A DNA stretch of 51,205 nt from a virus (taxonomy: Duplodnaviria > Caudoviricetes). Positions 7,757 to 17,960 of this stretch are shown one piece after another. The position numbers were made by a program, and so were the translations under genes. The notes under the pieces were generated by a model, which saw only the letters and a program-made list of their open reading frames with translations, searched no databases and was not told the origin of the DNA. Each line of letters starts with the position of its first letter. Position 1 is the first letter of the stretch. The DNA lies in the IMG/VR virus record IMGVR_UViG_3300010403_000009, positions 1 to 51,205 of that record; one strand, written 5' to 3'.

Positions 7757-8249
7757 GCGGAATCTGCTGGAGTTGCTGCTCAATTCGGGTAGTCCGTTCA
7801 TCCTGTTCTTTTTGATGCTCACGGATGCCCGCGATCTGCGTGGCCTGACTCGAGAACTGCGAGGTAATCTGAAGTGACAGGAGCCATGCCGAACCCACCG
7901 CGGGAACCGCGACCCCGAGCACGGCAAGCACGAGATGCCAGCGTTTGATGACACCCTCTTCATCTCCATTGGTCATCTTGGGCGCCATCCGGCGCCCATG
8001 CCGGACGCCACGCTCGTAGGCCCTCTCTTCCTGTTCATATGCTGCATCCGGATCGTGACCCCGCATGCCAACTGTTTTCATTGCAAGGTCGATGGCTGTC
8101 TCGGCCTTTCGAAGAATCTTGTGAGAGAGACTATCTTCGTCCCACTTCGCGAGGATTTCCTCGGGTGCGCGCTCCATTGCGGATATGAATGGCACTTCCT
8201 CGGAACTCTGTGCGCTCGTCGTCAACTCCGCTCTCCTCTTCGCGCTCAA
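7743..8249 (-). CDS. Single-TM protein with C-terminal coiled coil
   Basis: TM LVLAVLGVAVPAVGSAWLLSL followed by Gln/Glu heptads. Confidence 0.7.
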   Translation of the reverse strand: MSAKRRAELTTSAQSSEEVPFISAMERAPEEILAKWDEDSLSHKILRKAETAIDLAMKTVGMRGHDPDAAYEQEERAYERGVRHGRRMAPKMTNGDEEGVIKRWHLVLAVLGVAVPAVGSAWLLSLQITSQFSSQATQIAGIREHQKEQDERTTRIEQQLQQIPHDRR

Positions 8250-8250
8250 T

Positions 8251-10446
8251 TCAAAGCGTTCCGTATCCCGTCAGAAACCATGTTGAGCCATCAAACGAGA
8301 CATCCACAAATGCGGCCGTAGCACTGGGAATAGTCTTCAGCCCGCCCACATCGAGCGTAAATGAGCCAAGGCCAGTGCGGACAATGCGGAATTTAGATCC
8401 TGCAACCGCATTGGTCGTGCTAAGTGTTACGGTCCGATTGGCAGTAAGCGTTCCTGCCCAACGCTGGATTTCATAGTCTGAACCCACCGTCAGTGTCTGG
8501 CTGGTATCACCTCGTGATGGTGATGGGCTCTTGAGCTGGTGAAGCCATGCGCTATTGTTGGTGGTGATCACGCCACTGGCGTTCTCCACCGTGCATCCAT
8601 TCGCCGCAGTGGAGGAAGCATTGTAGTACGCGTAGCTGCCGGCAAATACCCCACCTACATGATTTCCCCGACATACGACGTTCTTGGCTCCCGTGCCGAG
8701 CTGTATCCCGTTGCCCTGCGTGCCTTCGGCTGCGCCATCAAAGGCGGCTTCCTTGCCGATTCGACAACCCTCGATACGGAAGTTCGCGCACTTGTCGAGC
8801 ACGATACCCGCGAAGGACCCTGCCACACTGGTGCTGTTCCCTGAGATATTGCAATTGCGGATGAATCCGGTCTTTTCCCGAGCCGGACTCCAGATCGCAG
8901 ACCCGCCATTCAGATCGATACCGATCTGCGCGCAGTTGAAGATCTTCAGATGCTCAATGTTGATGCGCACCCATTCATCGGTTCCGAAGATGCCATGCTC
9001 GAAGCCATTGATGTGCCCGTTGCGAATATCGGCACACCCCGCAGAACATAGAATCCCGAAGCCATTGGCCGTGCCATCAATGGCAAACCCATCGAGCACG
9101 AAATCGCCGAGGTCGGTCTGCACCTGGTAGTCGGAGGGATGGCCGAGGGCTGCGACCACAGCTGCTAGGTACCCGCCGCTTGCGAGCTGGGCGCCGGATA
9201 GGGTGATCGCGGTACCGGAGATGGTGCGGCCCGTGATGTTGTGCAGACGTACGTTACGCTTTACGCCGATCTCATCCGAGCCCACCCACGGGCGATAGAA
9301 CAGGGATTCTCCGGTCGTAACGACGAGTACCGCCGCAGCGGAACGCACATAGAGATTTTCGACGTTGTAATTGTATGCTCCGGCGATCGTGAGCCCCGCA
9401 GAGGTCGTGGTATTGAGATAGCGGATATCAATGTTGCGGAACGTGAGATTGTGCGCGTGAGAAGTCTGGCGCTGATCCCCCGTGCCCGAGGTTGCCCAGC
9501 CAAACTCATAGTCGATGCCATCGCCGACGCTACCGCCGTCAGCATCGATGTTCTCGATCAGAACATTACGCAAGCCTCCGGTGAGCTGGATGAGAAGCCC
9601 GTTGGGATTACCAGTCGAGATAATCTTCAGATTTCTGAGGTAACAGTTTCCCTGCGGAGAGCTGAGCGCGCTGTCATATGTGTTCGGGAAATATTTCCCG
9701 GCACCGCATTCACTTGCGCGGGCACCGATCTGAATGGCAGAGATATTGGTGCCGCTGCCGGAATAGTTGAGCACGATCGTGCCGTTCTCCACGGAGAAAT
9801 CACGGATGCCCATAAGGACACCGGCGAGCACGTCATACGGCGATGAGAGGCTTTTGGTGAGGTTCAGCGTGCATCCCATCAGGTTCAGATGCACGCCATC
9901 CCGGCATGGAATCCAGTCATTGATGTAACAGGTGTCCGTGCCGGTGAGCGGCGGAAGATAGAAGGTCCCCGTCGGGCCTGTTTTGGTGGGGTCGAAGAGT
10001 GCCTGCAAATTGGCAGTGTTAGCCGTCGCGGAACTTGCATCGTTGAGCACAACATATCGCAGCAGGTTCTCCGGACCGCGGGAGCTGTCGATAATCGTGA
10101 CCCCGGTACTATTTTCGGCCTCAGTTTCCGGGTTCAGGATGCCGCCGATTTCCGCCTGCGTGATCACGAAAGGCGATGCAGGGTCGATCGTTAGCGATGG
10201 CGTCAAACCCGAGGGGTCACTCAGGACTATCTTCAGTTCAAAGTTGGCACCCGAGTAGATGGCCGGGAAATAGCCTTCATTGGTAGCCGTGATCGGATTC
10301 GCATGCGGATTTTGCAATAGAAAATCCTGATACGTCACGACAGGCGTGGAAGTCTGCGAGACGTAGGTGGTGCACTTCGCGCCACTCACGGGCTTGCCGT
10401 CCCTGTCCTGCAGAAACAGAAGCGGTTGAGGAATTAATCTCGACAC
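8251..10446 (-). CDS. Tailspike / depolymerase (head-binding N-domain plus pectin-lyase-like beta-helix)
   Basis: N-terminal DGKPVSGAK..Y...T....NPI..N..G anchor; repeated I.N..I / N.I beta-helix rungs; follows the ejection genes. Confidence 0.85.
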   Translation of the reverse strand: MSRLIPQPLLFLQDRDGKPVSGAKCTTYVSQTSTPVVTYQDFLLQNPHANPITATNEGYFPAIYSGANFELKIVLSDPSGLTPSLTIDPASPFVITQAEIGGILNPETEAENSTGVTIIDSSRGPENLLRYVVLNDASSATANTANLQALFDPTKTGPTGTFYLPPLTGTDTCYINDWIPCRDGVHLNLMGCTLNLTKSLSSPYDVLAGVLMGIRDFSVENGTIVLNYSGSGTNISAIQIGARASECGAGKYFPNTYDSALSSPQGNCYLRNLKIISTGNPNGLLIQLTGGLRNVLIENIDADGGSVGDGIDYEFGWATSGTGDQRQTSHAHNLTFRNIDIRYLNTTTSAGLTIAGAYNYNVENLYVRSAAAVLVVTTGESLFYRPWVGSDEIGVKRNVRLHNITGRTISGTAITLSGAQLASGGYLAAVVAALGHPSDYQVQTDLGDFVLDGFAIDGTANGFGILCSAGCADIRNGHINGFEHGIFGTDEWVRINIEHLKIFNCAQIGIDLNGGSAIWSPAREKTGFIRNCNISGNSTSVAGSFAGIVLDKCANFRIEGCRIGKEAAFDGAAEGTQGNGIQLGTGAKNVVCRGNHVGGVFAGSYAYYNASSTAANGCTVENASGVITTNNSAWLHQLKSPSPSRGDTSQTLTVGSDYEIQRWAGTLTANRTVTLSTTNAVAGSKFRIVRTGLGSFTLDVGGLKTIPSATAAFVDVSFDGSTWFLTGYGTL

Positions 10447-10464
10447 ATGAAACCCTCAAAAACT

Positions 10465-10488
10465 AAAAAACCCGCGCGAGGCGGGTTT
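10465..10488 (-). terminator. Intrinsic terminator before the tailspike
   Basis: AAACCCGC-CTCGC-GCGGGTTTTTT on the minus strand. Confidence 0.8.
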
Positions 10489-10510
10489 CGGGTGAAGCGT
10501 GCGAGTGCAG

Positions 10511-12517
10511 CTATTGCTGCATCAGTTCTCCCAGCTCCTGAATGTCAGGGTCTGGGGATTGCTGGGCCTGATTGATGAGCGCGGGCAAAGCACTTTGAGA
10601 TGCTCTCGTGGTCTTCGCGAGCCAGCGCACCGCATTCGGATTCGTCATGAAGCGCGCGGCGAGATTGGCGCTGCCGACACCACCGGCCACCGTCACGGCT
10701 CCTGCAACATGTCCGGTAAAGAGCGCGCCGAGGAATGCCGTCGCGGCAGCGGTCTGACTCACCGCCTGCCCCGTTCCGGATGGGTTGCGAAACACCTTCG
10801 AGCCCGTTCTGAGATTCGAGGCGACGGTTGCAATGCTGTCCATGTTCTGACGGAAGTCCGGGCCATAGCGATCAAACAGCACATTCTTCGCCTGCGGTGA
10901 CATCGTGTTCCAGTTGGTGAGAAACGTCTCCGTGCTGAAAACATCGCCCGTATCATCCTGAACGCCCGCCTTCGCGCGACCGAGCCGGCGCAAAACGGTT
11001 GCCGTCACCGTCTTCTGTTCCTGCGAAGGGAGAGACTGCATCACGGCCCGAAGGGTGGAGGCGCCTTCGCGTGTTCCAGAAGTCGCCGCCTTGAATACCG
11101 CCTCCGGGCCGCCGTTCTTGTCGATCACGGACTGAAGGAGATCCAGTCGTTTCGACCCTGCTGCGTAATACGCATTGGCACGGCTGAAGGCGCGCTGAGC
11201 ATCGGGACCCGCGGTCTGTGCGGCCCCCTGCATGTCGGCCGATAGCGAGGCATAGAGGCGCCTCCACTGGGCAATGGGCACATCACTCTGAAGCGGCGCA
11301 TCGGCGAGCTTCTGGCCCACCAGAGTCCGAAGCTGTTTCACCGCCTCGTATGGCATGACCCCGTTCGTTGCATCTTTCGCGAAGGCATCCGCGATTTGCG
11401 AGATCTGCGGTGTCATGAGATTCCTGGACGTGTTCTCGGCGCCCTTGATTGGCGTCGACAGATCCTTGAGCGCCGTCTGGGTGTTCGACACCTGCACTGG
11501 TTGGTCCGGCTTCACGTAGTTGTCGAGCTCGGAATACAGCTGGTCCGCGCGCGTCTTGAACCGGTCGAGAAAGCCGCCCCGATCAGAGATGCCACGGGTG
11601 ATCGCACGACCGGCCTGTTCGCCGCTGGCAGATGGAGCAAGGCTCGATGCCTGGCGCTCGAGGTTCGCCCCCAAGGCAGCCTGCTGCCTTTCTGCCGTGG
11701 CGGTCATTCGTCCCGCCGCCCCAGGTGTGCGCGACAGCAGCGATTCGGTCGCCTGCATGGTTCGCGATTGGGTCGCCTGTCCCATACTTGGGGTAGTGCC
11801 AGCCCGATCGAACGCGGCGATATTGTCAGCGACGTTCTGGGCTGAAGCTCCACCACGGGCGGCAATACGCAAGGCACTCTGCGGGGCGATGCGTGCAACA
11901 CTCGGGACCACAGCACCGAGGAAACCCGCAGCAGCCTGAACCTCGCGGCTGGCGCCTAATTCCGCGGCGGTCTGGCTTGCGAGCGCTCCGGTGACGCCGC
12001 TGACGGCTTTCGGAACACCCGCGCCACCAGGAAGCAGCACCGAACTCACACCTCCACCTGCGGCATAGAGCATGCGCGAGGCACGATCTTCGGGATGCGG
12101 GTTTTCCGCGGCTCTTCCGATCTTGTTCAACTGCGCGCGAAACCAGTCGCCGCTACCCACGACGTCGCTACGATCATCCGAGACTTCGAGTCCTTTCGGA
12201 ATGTTGTTGCCGGTGGCGGCGTGATAAGCCGTTCCCACCGCAGCCTTGCCGAGATCGATGATGTTCGCCATCGTGTCCACAGGAAGGCCGACGATTCCGG
12301 CAACCCCTGAATTGACGCCGGCGGCCAAGGCATTCGCGCGGTCGAGCGTGGACACGTCCGGCTTGCTGTGGGCATCGCTCTTACCCTGCGGCTCTTCAGC
12401 CGGCGCATCTTCCGGCGGCAGGCCCTGAATATAGGCTGCGAGTTTCTGAGCGCCTTCGTTGTCGCCGGCCGCATCCGCATTACGCAGGGCGGTATACAAC
12501 TCATCGCGCGAAGCCAT
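10511..12517 (-). CDS. DNA ejection (internal virion) protein, large
   Basis: 668 aa Ala/Gln-rich helical protein; N-terminal L..ALRNADAAGD...A.KLA motif; third of three ejection-position genes. Confidence 0.75.
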   Translation of the reverse strand: MASRDELYTALRNADAAGDNEGAQKLAAYIQGLPPEDAPAEEPQGKSDAHSKPDVSTLDRANALAAGVNSGVAGIVGLPVDTMANIIDLGKAAVGTAYHAATGNNIPKGLEVSDDRSDVVGSGDWFRAQLNKIGRAAENPHPEDRASRMLYAAGGGVSSVLLPGGAGVPKAVSGVTGALASQTAAELGASREVQAAAGFLGAVVPSVARIAPQSALRIAARGGASAQNVADNIAAFDRAGTTPSMGQATQSRTMQATESLLSRTPGAAGRMTATAERQQAALGANLERQASSLAPSASGEQAGRAITRGISDRGGFLDRFKTRADQLYSELDNYVKPDQPVQVSNTQTALKDLSTPIKGAENTSRNLMTPQISQIADAFAKDATNGVMPYEAVKQLRTLVGQKLADAPLQSDVPIAQWRRLYASLSADMQGAAQTAGPDAQRAFSRANAYYAAGSKRLDLLQSVIDKNGGPEAVFKAATSGTREGASTLRAVMQSLPSQEQKTVTATVLRRLGRAKAGVQDDTGDVFSTETFLTNWNTMSPQAKNVLFDRYGPDFRQNMDSIATVASNLRTGSKVFRNPSGTGQAVSQTAAATAFLGALFTGHVAGAVTVAGGVGSANLAARFMTNPNAVRWLAKTTRASQSALPALINQAQQSPDPDIQELGELMQQ

Positions 12518-13626
12518 TACTTCTTGCCGTGCTTCTTCAGAAGCGCCGCAATGTCATCGGGCACACCAGAGTTGCCCGAAGGAATCGGTCGATACCCGGC
12601 TTCCGGTGAATACAGGCTCTCGGTCTCTTCGTTCATTGCGGCAAGATTTGCGCGCAGGTTTGTGAGCTTCGTCTTGATCGTTTTCGGGCTGTCGGTCGAC
12701 TGCGGAATGAATGGTTTGAGACGCGGAAACTCTGCGGCGGTTACCGCAGCGCCCGAACGGTCATGGATCAGCAGGCTTCCGATATCCGCGACCTTCGCGC
12801 GCGGATCGACGCCGCCCGAATATTCCTTGCCCGGCAGTCGCTGGGTCATGGCATCCGGCATATAGTTCTGCATGCCGAATGCATCGGGGTTGTCATCCAG
12901 CGCCTTCATGGCGCGGTCGATCTTCCCGAGCGAGGCGCGATTCGAGATGATGCCTTGCGCGGCGGCGGGCGGAATCTGGCGAAGGTTCTTCGTGTTTGCG
13001 GCCACCGCAGGATCAGCCGGCCCCCCGGGGATGAATTCGAGGCCGCTGCCGTCCCCTTTCCACTGGAAACCGGTGGGGGGTTTATCGCCCATCGAGGGCT
13101 TCGACTTCTCGAAATTCAGCTTGTCATTTTCGAGCTTCAGCTGCGCACGCTGATATGGCGTCATGTCGTCTGGCATTGGAGCCTCAGCGACTTTCTTGCC
13201 ATTCTGATAGCGCACCTCGCCGGGCTTCAGCGTGAAGTTCTCGCCCTGATCCGGCGTCATGCCGAGCTCTGCGGCCGCATGAGCGCCAATCCCCTGCGCC
13301 ATCTTGGTGATTGCGCCATTGTCGAATGAGGCCCAGTCGTGACCGTTGCTCGACATCTGTTTCACAAGGTCCGGAAAGTTCTCTTCGACGAACTGTTTTC
13401 GCCGCTCCTCAGGAACCGCCAGAACCTGCTGCATGCTGGCGTAAAGTTTTTTTGCCTTGACGGCGCCCAGCTGAACTTTCGCCTGCTCCATGTTGACGTC
13501 ATGCTCTTCCTGCGCACGCTGATTGCCGGCGACCCGCTCATCCTGAGCCAGTCGTAATGCACGACCCTGCATGAAAGAGGTGACCGGCTGGGCCAGTTGC
13601 TGCGCGGATGCGATATCGAATGGCAT
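12517..13626 (-). CDS. DNA ejection protein, middle
   Basis: PPTGFQW...LEFIPGGPADP and RSGAAV...E motifs; position in the module. Confidence 0.7.
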   Translation of the reverse strand: MPFDIASAQQLAQPVTSFMQGRALRLAQDERVAGNQRAQEEHDVNMEQAKVQLGAVKAKKLYASMQQVLAVPEERRKQFVEENFPDLVKQMSSNGHDWASFDNGAITKMAQGIGAHAAAELGMTPDQGENFTLKPGEVRYQNGKKVAEAPMPDDMTPYQRAQLKLENDKLNFEKSKPSMGDKPPTGFQWKGDGSGLEFIPGGPADPAVAANTKNLRQIPPAAAQGIISNRASLGKIDRAMKALDDNPDAFGMQNYMPDAMTQRLPGKEYSGGVDPRAKVADIGSLLIHDRSGAAVTAAEFPRLKPFIPQSTDSPKTIKTKLTNLRANLAAMNEETESLYSPEAGYRPIPSGNSGVPDDIAALLKKHGKK

Positions 13627-13629
13627 ACG

Positions 13630-14553
13630 TTATCCCGGGAAGGCGTAGGGGCTGCTGCCTGAACTCGGACGGCCAAAGTAATTGCCACCCGCCATACCAA
13701 TCTGATTGATCGTGTTCGCCCAGCTGTTCCCTTGCGCGATATAACTGGAGGCCCGCGCATCGCCGGCATTCAGGATGGCGTTGCCGACGTTCGTGCCGCT
13801 GTTCTGGATCACGTTCGTGCTCGCATTGGTCGCCTGCTGACCGAAGCCTGCAATCGTCGCGATGCGGTTGTAGACGTTCTTGTATTCGTTCGAGGCATAG
13901 TCCTGCGCATAGCGCAGCGCGCCCTTGGCGCCCGCTCCGGACAATGCACCTCCACGTGAGACGAGGCTGTTCGTCAGCGCCTTGTTGCCTTCGTCGTACC
14001 GGAACTGATAGCCCGGATCTTCCTGAAAGTTGTACTTCGCATAGTTGCCCAGTTGGAGCGTAGCATTGAAATCCGAGACGTACTTCTGATAGCCCGCCTG
14101 CAAGGCAGGATTTGCCATCGTGCCATCGGAATGCCCCTTGGCCGCAGAGTAGATGGCGCCCGCCGGATCATAGCCCCCCTTCAGCATGTCTCCCGGCGTC
14201 GGCGCCAGAAGTCCGCCAATGATCCCGCCCCCGAACAGGCCGTGCTTTTTCTTCTTCTGGACCGGTGCGGTAATCGATGCCGGTTGCTGGGCGGACCAGT
14301 CTTCAAAGGAGAGTGGGCTCTGGGCCGCCCCTCGTGGAAGACCGGTAAGATCCATGAGCGCGGCCGTTGCCGCATAAGAGGCATCCCGATACGGCTTCTG
14401 CAGGCCGAGGGAGAGATCGCGTGATTCCCGCTCGTAATCAATCGCCGAGCTGGACGAGCTGGTCTGGGCATTCGCGGCTTTCTTCGCCGCCATATTGGAG
14501 GCGACGCCGCCCACCACCGCTCCACCGACGACCGCAGCAGCGACCCACGTCAT
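13630..14553 (-). CDS. DNA ejection/pilot protein (P22 gp7-like)
   Basis: Gly/Ala-rich hydrophobic N-terminus; DPGYQFR..EG, GGALSG...K...RYAQ.YAS.EY. Confidence 0.85.
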   Translation of the reverse strand: MTWVAAAVVGGAVVGGVASNMAAKKAANAQTSSSSSAIDYERESRDLSLGLQKPYRDASYAATAALMDLTGLPRGAAQSPLSFEDWSAQQPASITAPVQKKKKHGLFGGGIIGGLLAPTPGDMLKGGYDPAGAIYSAAKGHSDGTMANPALQAGYQKYVSDFNATLQLGNYAKYNFQEDPGYQFRYDEGNKALTNSLVSRGGALSGAGAKGALRYAQDYASNEYKNVYNRIATIAGFGQQATNASTNVIQNSGTNVGNAILNAGDARASSYIAQGNSWANTINQIGMAGGNYFGRPSSGSSPYAFPG

Positions 14554-15038
14554 GGCAGCTCCTGAGCACTGAGCCAGTGTTGCGCCTGCATCTTCAATTC
14601 CTCGAGCTGGTCCAGCTCCTCATAGTCCGTGCAGATGATTTCATGCTCGATTTCTTCGAGGTCGGTCTTGTCGGTAACATGGACCGTGGTCCATATCGTG
14701 TCGGTATGGGTATAGACCGCACGCTTTGTCCCTGCAGTTGAGATCATCGAATAGGGCGCCTTGAAGTGCTGCAGCCCATCCTTAGTGAACACCGTGACCT
14801 CACCCTGGGTGAGATGGTTGTAGTGGGAATGACGATGAATCTTCCCCACCACAATGGTATCGGCCGGAATGAAGATCTCGCGGATGTAGCAGCCGTCGGC
14901 AAAGGAATGCCTTAGCGGACATTCCACCTGCTCATGCTGGCGCAAGACCGCTTCCAGACTTGCAAGCTTTTCGCGAACCAGCCGCTTCTCCGGAAGCGCG
15001 TCCACCCGATAGTTGAAGCTGACGAGGTTCACTTCCAT
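14550..15038 (-). CDS. Cupin-fold protein
   Basis: H.F..G.Y.RE..IP....VGKIH.H.H.N....G; GTKR...H.DT.W.TVH. Confidence 0.75.
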   Translation of the reverse strand: MEVNLVSFNYRVDALPEKRLVREKLASLEAVLRQHEQVECPLRHSFADGCYIREIFIPADTIVVGKIHRHSHYNHLTQGEVTVFTKDGLQHFKAPYSMISTAGTKRAVYTHTDTIWTTVHVTDKTDLEEIEHEIICTDYEELDQLEELKMQAQHWLSAQELP

Positions 15039-15676
15039 ACCCGCGCGCGCAATGTTCCAGAAGAGATATCAAGCGTGCCGCCGGTCTTGTTGAAGAACGA
15101 CACGGTGACAGTATCGGCGGCAGTGACTTCGGCAGAAATCATGATTCCCTGAAGTGACAGGCTGAAACTTGAAAGCGCAAAATCACCGAGCGCGGCTCCG
15201 GTGCATGTGACCGTCGTCGTCGTTCCCGCGCCATCGACAAGACTCGGCGGATCGTAGGTTGTGGAGCCACTCAGGACATTCGAGAGCGCCACATAGCGCG
15301 CATCCGATTCAGACTGCGTCTGATAGACGGGATGCGGGTCGGTGTCAGCGACATGCGCGGCAAGGGCCGCTGCCGCAGAAGCCTCTGCCCCGCTTTGTGC
15401 GCCATTCGCAGCAGAAGACAGCGCGGTATCCGTGGCGTATTGAGGATGCGGATCAGGCGCTGCCTCATGCTGAGTGACCGCAGTACTGGCCGCCGTATCC
15501 GCCGTATCATTGATCTGCGTGACCGTGGTCGGCGCGAGATTGCCTGGGGCGACGGATGCAGGCTGAAGCTCATTCGAGCCCACACTGTTTGCGCTTGGCG
15601 TGACCTGCGTCGCTAAAAAGAACGTCGCCCACTCGCGTTCATTTTGCGGCGTGGTCTGAAAGGGACGAATGCCCAT
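15029..15676 (-). CDS. Tail needle/fibre-like protein
   Basis: TGATG-coupled start 15676; two H..x.DPHP.Y fibre repeats; P22 gp26 position. Confidence 0.65.
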   Translation of the reverse strand: MGIRPFQTTPQNEREWATFFLATQVTPSANSVGSNELQPASVAPGNLAPTTVTQINDTADTAASTAVTQHEAAPDPHPQYATDTALSSAANGAQSGAEASAAAALAAHVADTDPHPVYQTQSESDARYVALSNVLSGSTTYDPPSLVDGAGTTTTVTCTGAALGDFALSSFSLSLQGIMISAEVTAADTVTVSFFNKTGGTLDISSGTLRARVWK

Positions 15677-17052
15677 CAGTTCGCCGTCTGTTCGGCATTC
15701 GCCGTCGCAAGAATCAGCGTACGTCTCACCGGATCTGAGATCGCGTACCGATACACCCGATCCCGCGACCAGCCGAGGCGATACCAGATCGTGCGCGTGC
15801 GATAGCGACCGATCTTGCCCATTGCACGCCAGTGCTCGCCGGACCATGTTCGGCCGCCATCATCCGACCAGTCGAGCATCACCTGGGGATCTGAGCCCTG
15901 CCCCTGGTTGATTCCGGTTCCCTGTTCGAAGATCAGTTCCAGCCGCGTATGCCGGATGCGCTGGTTGTCGTTCGAAAGAGCAGCGGAGGTGGCGGAGCAG
16001 CGGAGAATGTCGCCCCACTCGGTGAACACGTCCGGATCGAGAATCCCGAGACGGTTCGTGTAGAAGTCGCCTGCGAACCACTTGTCGTATGCCCGAATCA
16101 CGAACAGAGGGCGCCAACGATCGAAGCCAAGACTCTTGCGCTCATGCCATCGGCTGGTTGATGGATCGAACACCACCGTTCCGCTATCTGAAGACAATGA
16201 AAAGAGTTTGTGGCCGCCCTCAATGAATTCCATCGCAAAGCAGGTCTTGTCCGGCCAGTCCTCGATGATCTGTTCCACCCATGTGGTGGAGACGCGCTCA
16301 GGCTTGTACCCATTCAGACGATAGACGAGGCCATCGTGGCCCAGAAAATAGACCGTGTTGTCACACTGGGCCACGGCGAAGCGCGACATGAGCCCGACTT
16401 CAAAGAGGCCGTTGGCCACGGCTTCAATCGGGAAATCAGCGGCTCCCGTGTCTTCGAATACCTGCCCGGAACGTTTGCCGAAAATGATCAACTGCCCATG
16501 GTCAATGGTGGCCCCGACATTGTTGTCGGGATTTCGTTCGACGCTGGCAAAATCGAGCGCATCCCATGTGAGAGGATCTCGATTAGCGGAGATCGCAAAC
16601 TTCCCCGAGCTGGGCACCCCAACGATGAAGTAGCCATCAAGGAGATGTACCCATTCCGCACCCGGGAATCCTTCCGAGGTGATCTGCTGGACCGAGAGCC
16701 CGTCGTAGACATAGCCCAGAAGATGCGTAACGCACATGAGGTGCGTTTCATCTCCTGCCATATGCACATAACTGCTGCCTGGAATGTTTCCGAGGGGGAT
16801 CGCATCACCTACCTCTGGAATCCGGTACAGCACCTCCCCCATCACGACATAGGGGATTCCGTTGACCTCGATGCCGCCCCGCGTGAATCCTGCGCCGACC
16901 GTGAGATAATCGGCGATCCCGTAGCTCTCAACGATTGCCGCGAAAGTCTTGGCGCCTTCCGGAGCCGCTTCGATATAGCAGTTGATCATCCGCTGGGAGG
17001 CGAGCGGCTTAGAGCGGTGAAGATAGCTCTCCAGCCCGAAAGAAATCCTCAC
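15676..17052 (-). CDS. Tail hub / packaged DNA stabilisation protein (P22 gp10-like)
   Basis: LDGYF, FASVE..PD, DPQVML.WSDDGG.TW, G.IG.Y, W.RLG..RDRV motifs. Confidence 0.9.
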   Translation of the reverse strand: MRISFGLESYLHRSKPLASQRMINCYIEAAPEGAKTFAAIVESYGIADYLTVGAGFTRGGIEVNGIPYVVMGEVLYRIPEVGDAIPLGNIPGSSYVHMAGDETHLMCVTHLLGYVYDGLSVQQITSEGFPGAEWVHLLDGYFIVGVPSSGKFAISANRDPLTWDALDFASVERNPDNNVGATIDHGQLIIFGKRSGQVFEDTGAADFPIEAVANGLFEVGLMSRFAVAQCDNTVYFLGHDGLVYRLNGYKPERVSTTWVEQIIEDWPDKTCFAMEFIEGGHKLFSLSSDSGTVVFDPSTSRWHERKSLGFDRWRPLFVIRAYDKWFAGDFYTNRLGILDPDVFTEWGDILRCSATSAALSNDNQRIRHTRLELIFEQGTGINQGQGSDPQVMLDWSDDGGRTWSGEHWRAMGKIGRYRTRTIWYRLGWSRDRVYRYAISDPVRRTLILATANAEQTAN

Positions 17053-17960
17053 CGCACATCCATCACAAAGGTGACCGAGGCGTTTTCCACATCGAAGTTG
17101 AGCGCATCCTCAAACATCATCGCGGCATCGGCGCGAAGCATGGCGAAGTCCTTCGCCGACAGAAGTCCGTAGTCCGGCGCGATCCGGACCGCGAGCCCGT
17201 AAATCATCGGTTCATACCACTCGCTCGAGCAGTCGGGCGTATCCGAAAGACCGATGATCGTGTCAGGCTCGTTCTGCACGATGAGCACGAGCTTTCCGCC
17301 ATCCGTGGGCCAGACTCTCAGAAGTCCGTTGGCCTGCTGACGCTGATACGAAATCTGATTGACGGGCCCGGTCGCGCCTTTCAATGAGAGGCGCTGATAT
17401 TCTCCGTCTCCGATCTGCGTGAGATCGATATCCCGGTCGCCGTCCCGCCGCATCGCATAGATGACCTTGAGCGGCTTGTGCGCTCTGGTCGTGTAGGTGT
17501 AGACCGCATTCCCCGAGTTAGCCGCAGAGACAAGGCCGGCACCGATCACTGATCCGGTGCTGTTGGTCGTCGTCCAGTGAATCGTGTTGTCATTGAGACG
17601 AATCCCGATGAAGTCGCCACTGGTAATTCCAGTGGTACTGGTGAGTGCCAGTGCCGTCGCGCCACTGTCCGCATCGGCGGCCAGCGTCGTCTCGAAATAG
17701 GTCGCGGTGGCGTGATCTCCGGCATCGCCGAGCAGATATGACTGCGTTCCTTTGGAAAGAAACACGGTGATCCTCTGGCGCCACTGGATATCGACGCCCT
17801 TGACTGGCCAACTCTTCAGCATGAGATTGAGCGAGGTTTTGCCATCGGCAATCTCATCGGGCTGCGCCGGCTCTCCGGCCTGATACACCCCGGCTTTCTT
17901 CAGCGCCGCCGCGATGATGTCATTCGCGGTCATCGAGAAGGCCTTGACTCCGGAGGACAT
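17049..17960 (-). CDS. Head-tail adaptor (P22 gp4-like) with an inserted beta domain
   Basis: TANDII..AL...G....GE; LNLML.SW; W.E...YGLA.RIAP.YG. Confidence 0.75.
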   Translation of the reverse strand: MSSGVKAFSMTANDIIAAALKKAGVYQAGEPAQPDEIADGKTSLNLMLKSWPVKGVDIQWRQRITVFLSKGTQSYLLGDAGDHATATYFETTLAADADSGATALALTSTTGITSGDFIGIRLNDNTIHWTTTNSTGSVIGAGLVSAANSGNAVYTYTTRAHKPLKVIYAMRRDGDRDIDLTQIGDGEYQRLSLKGATGPVNQISYQRQQANGLLRVWPTDGGKLVLIVQNEPDTIIGLSDTPDCSSEWYEPMIYGLAVRIAPDYGLLSAKDFAMLRADAAMMFEDALNFDVENASVTFVMDVR

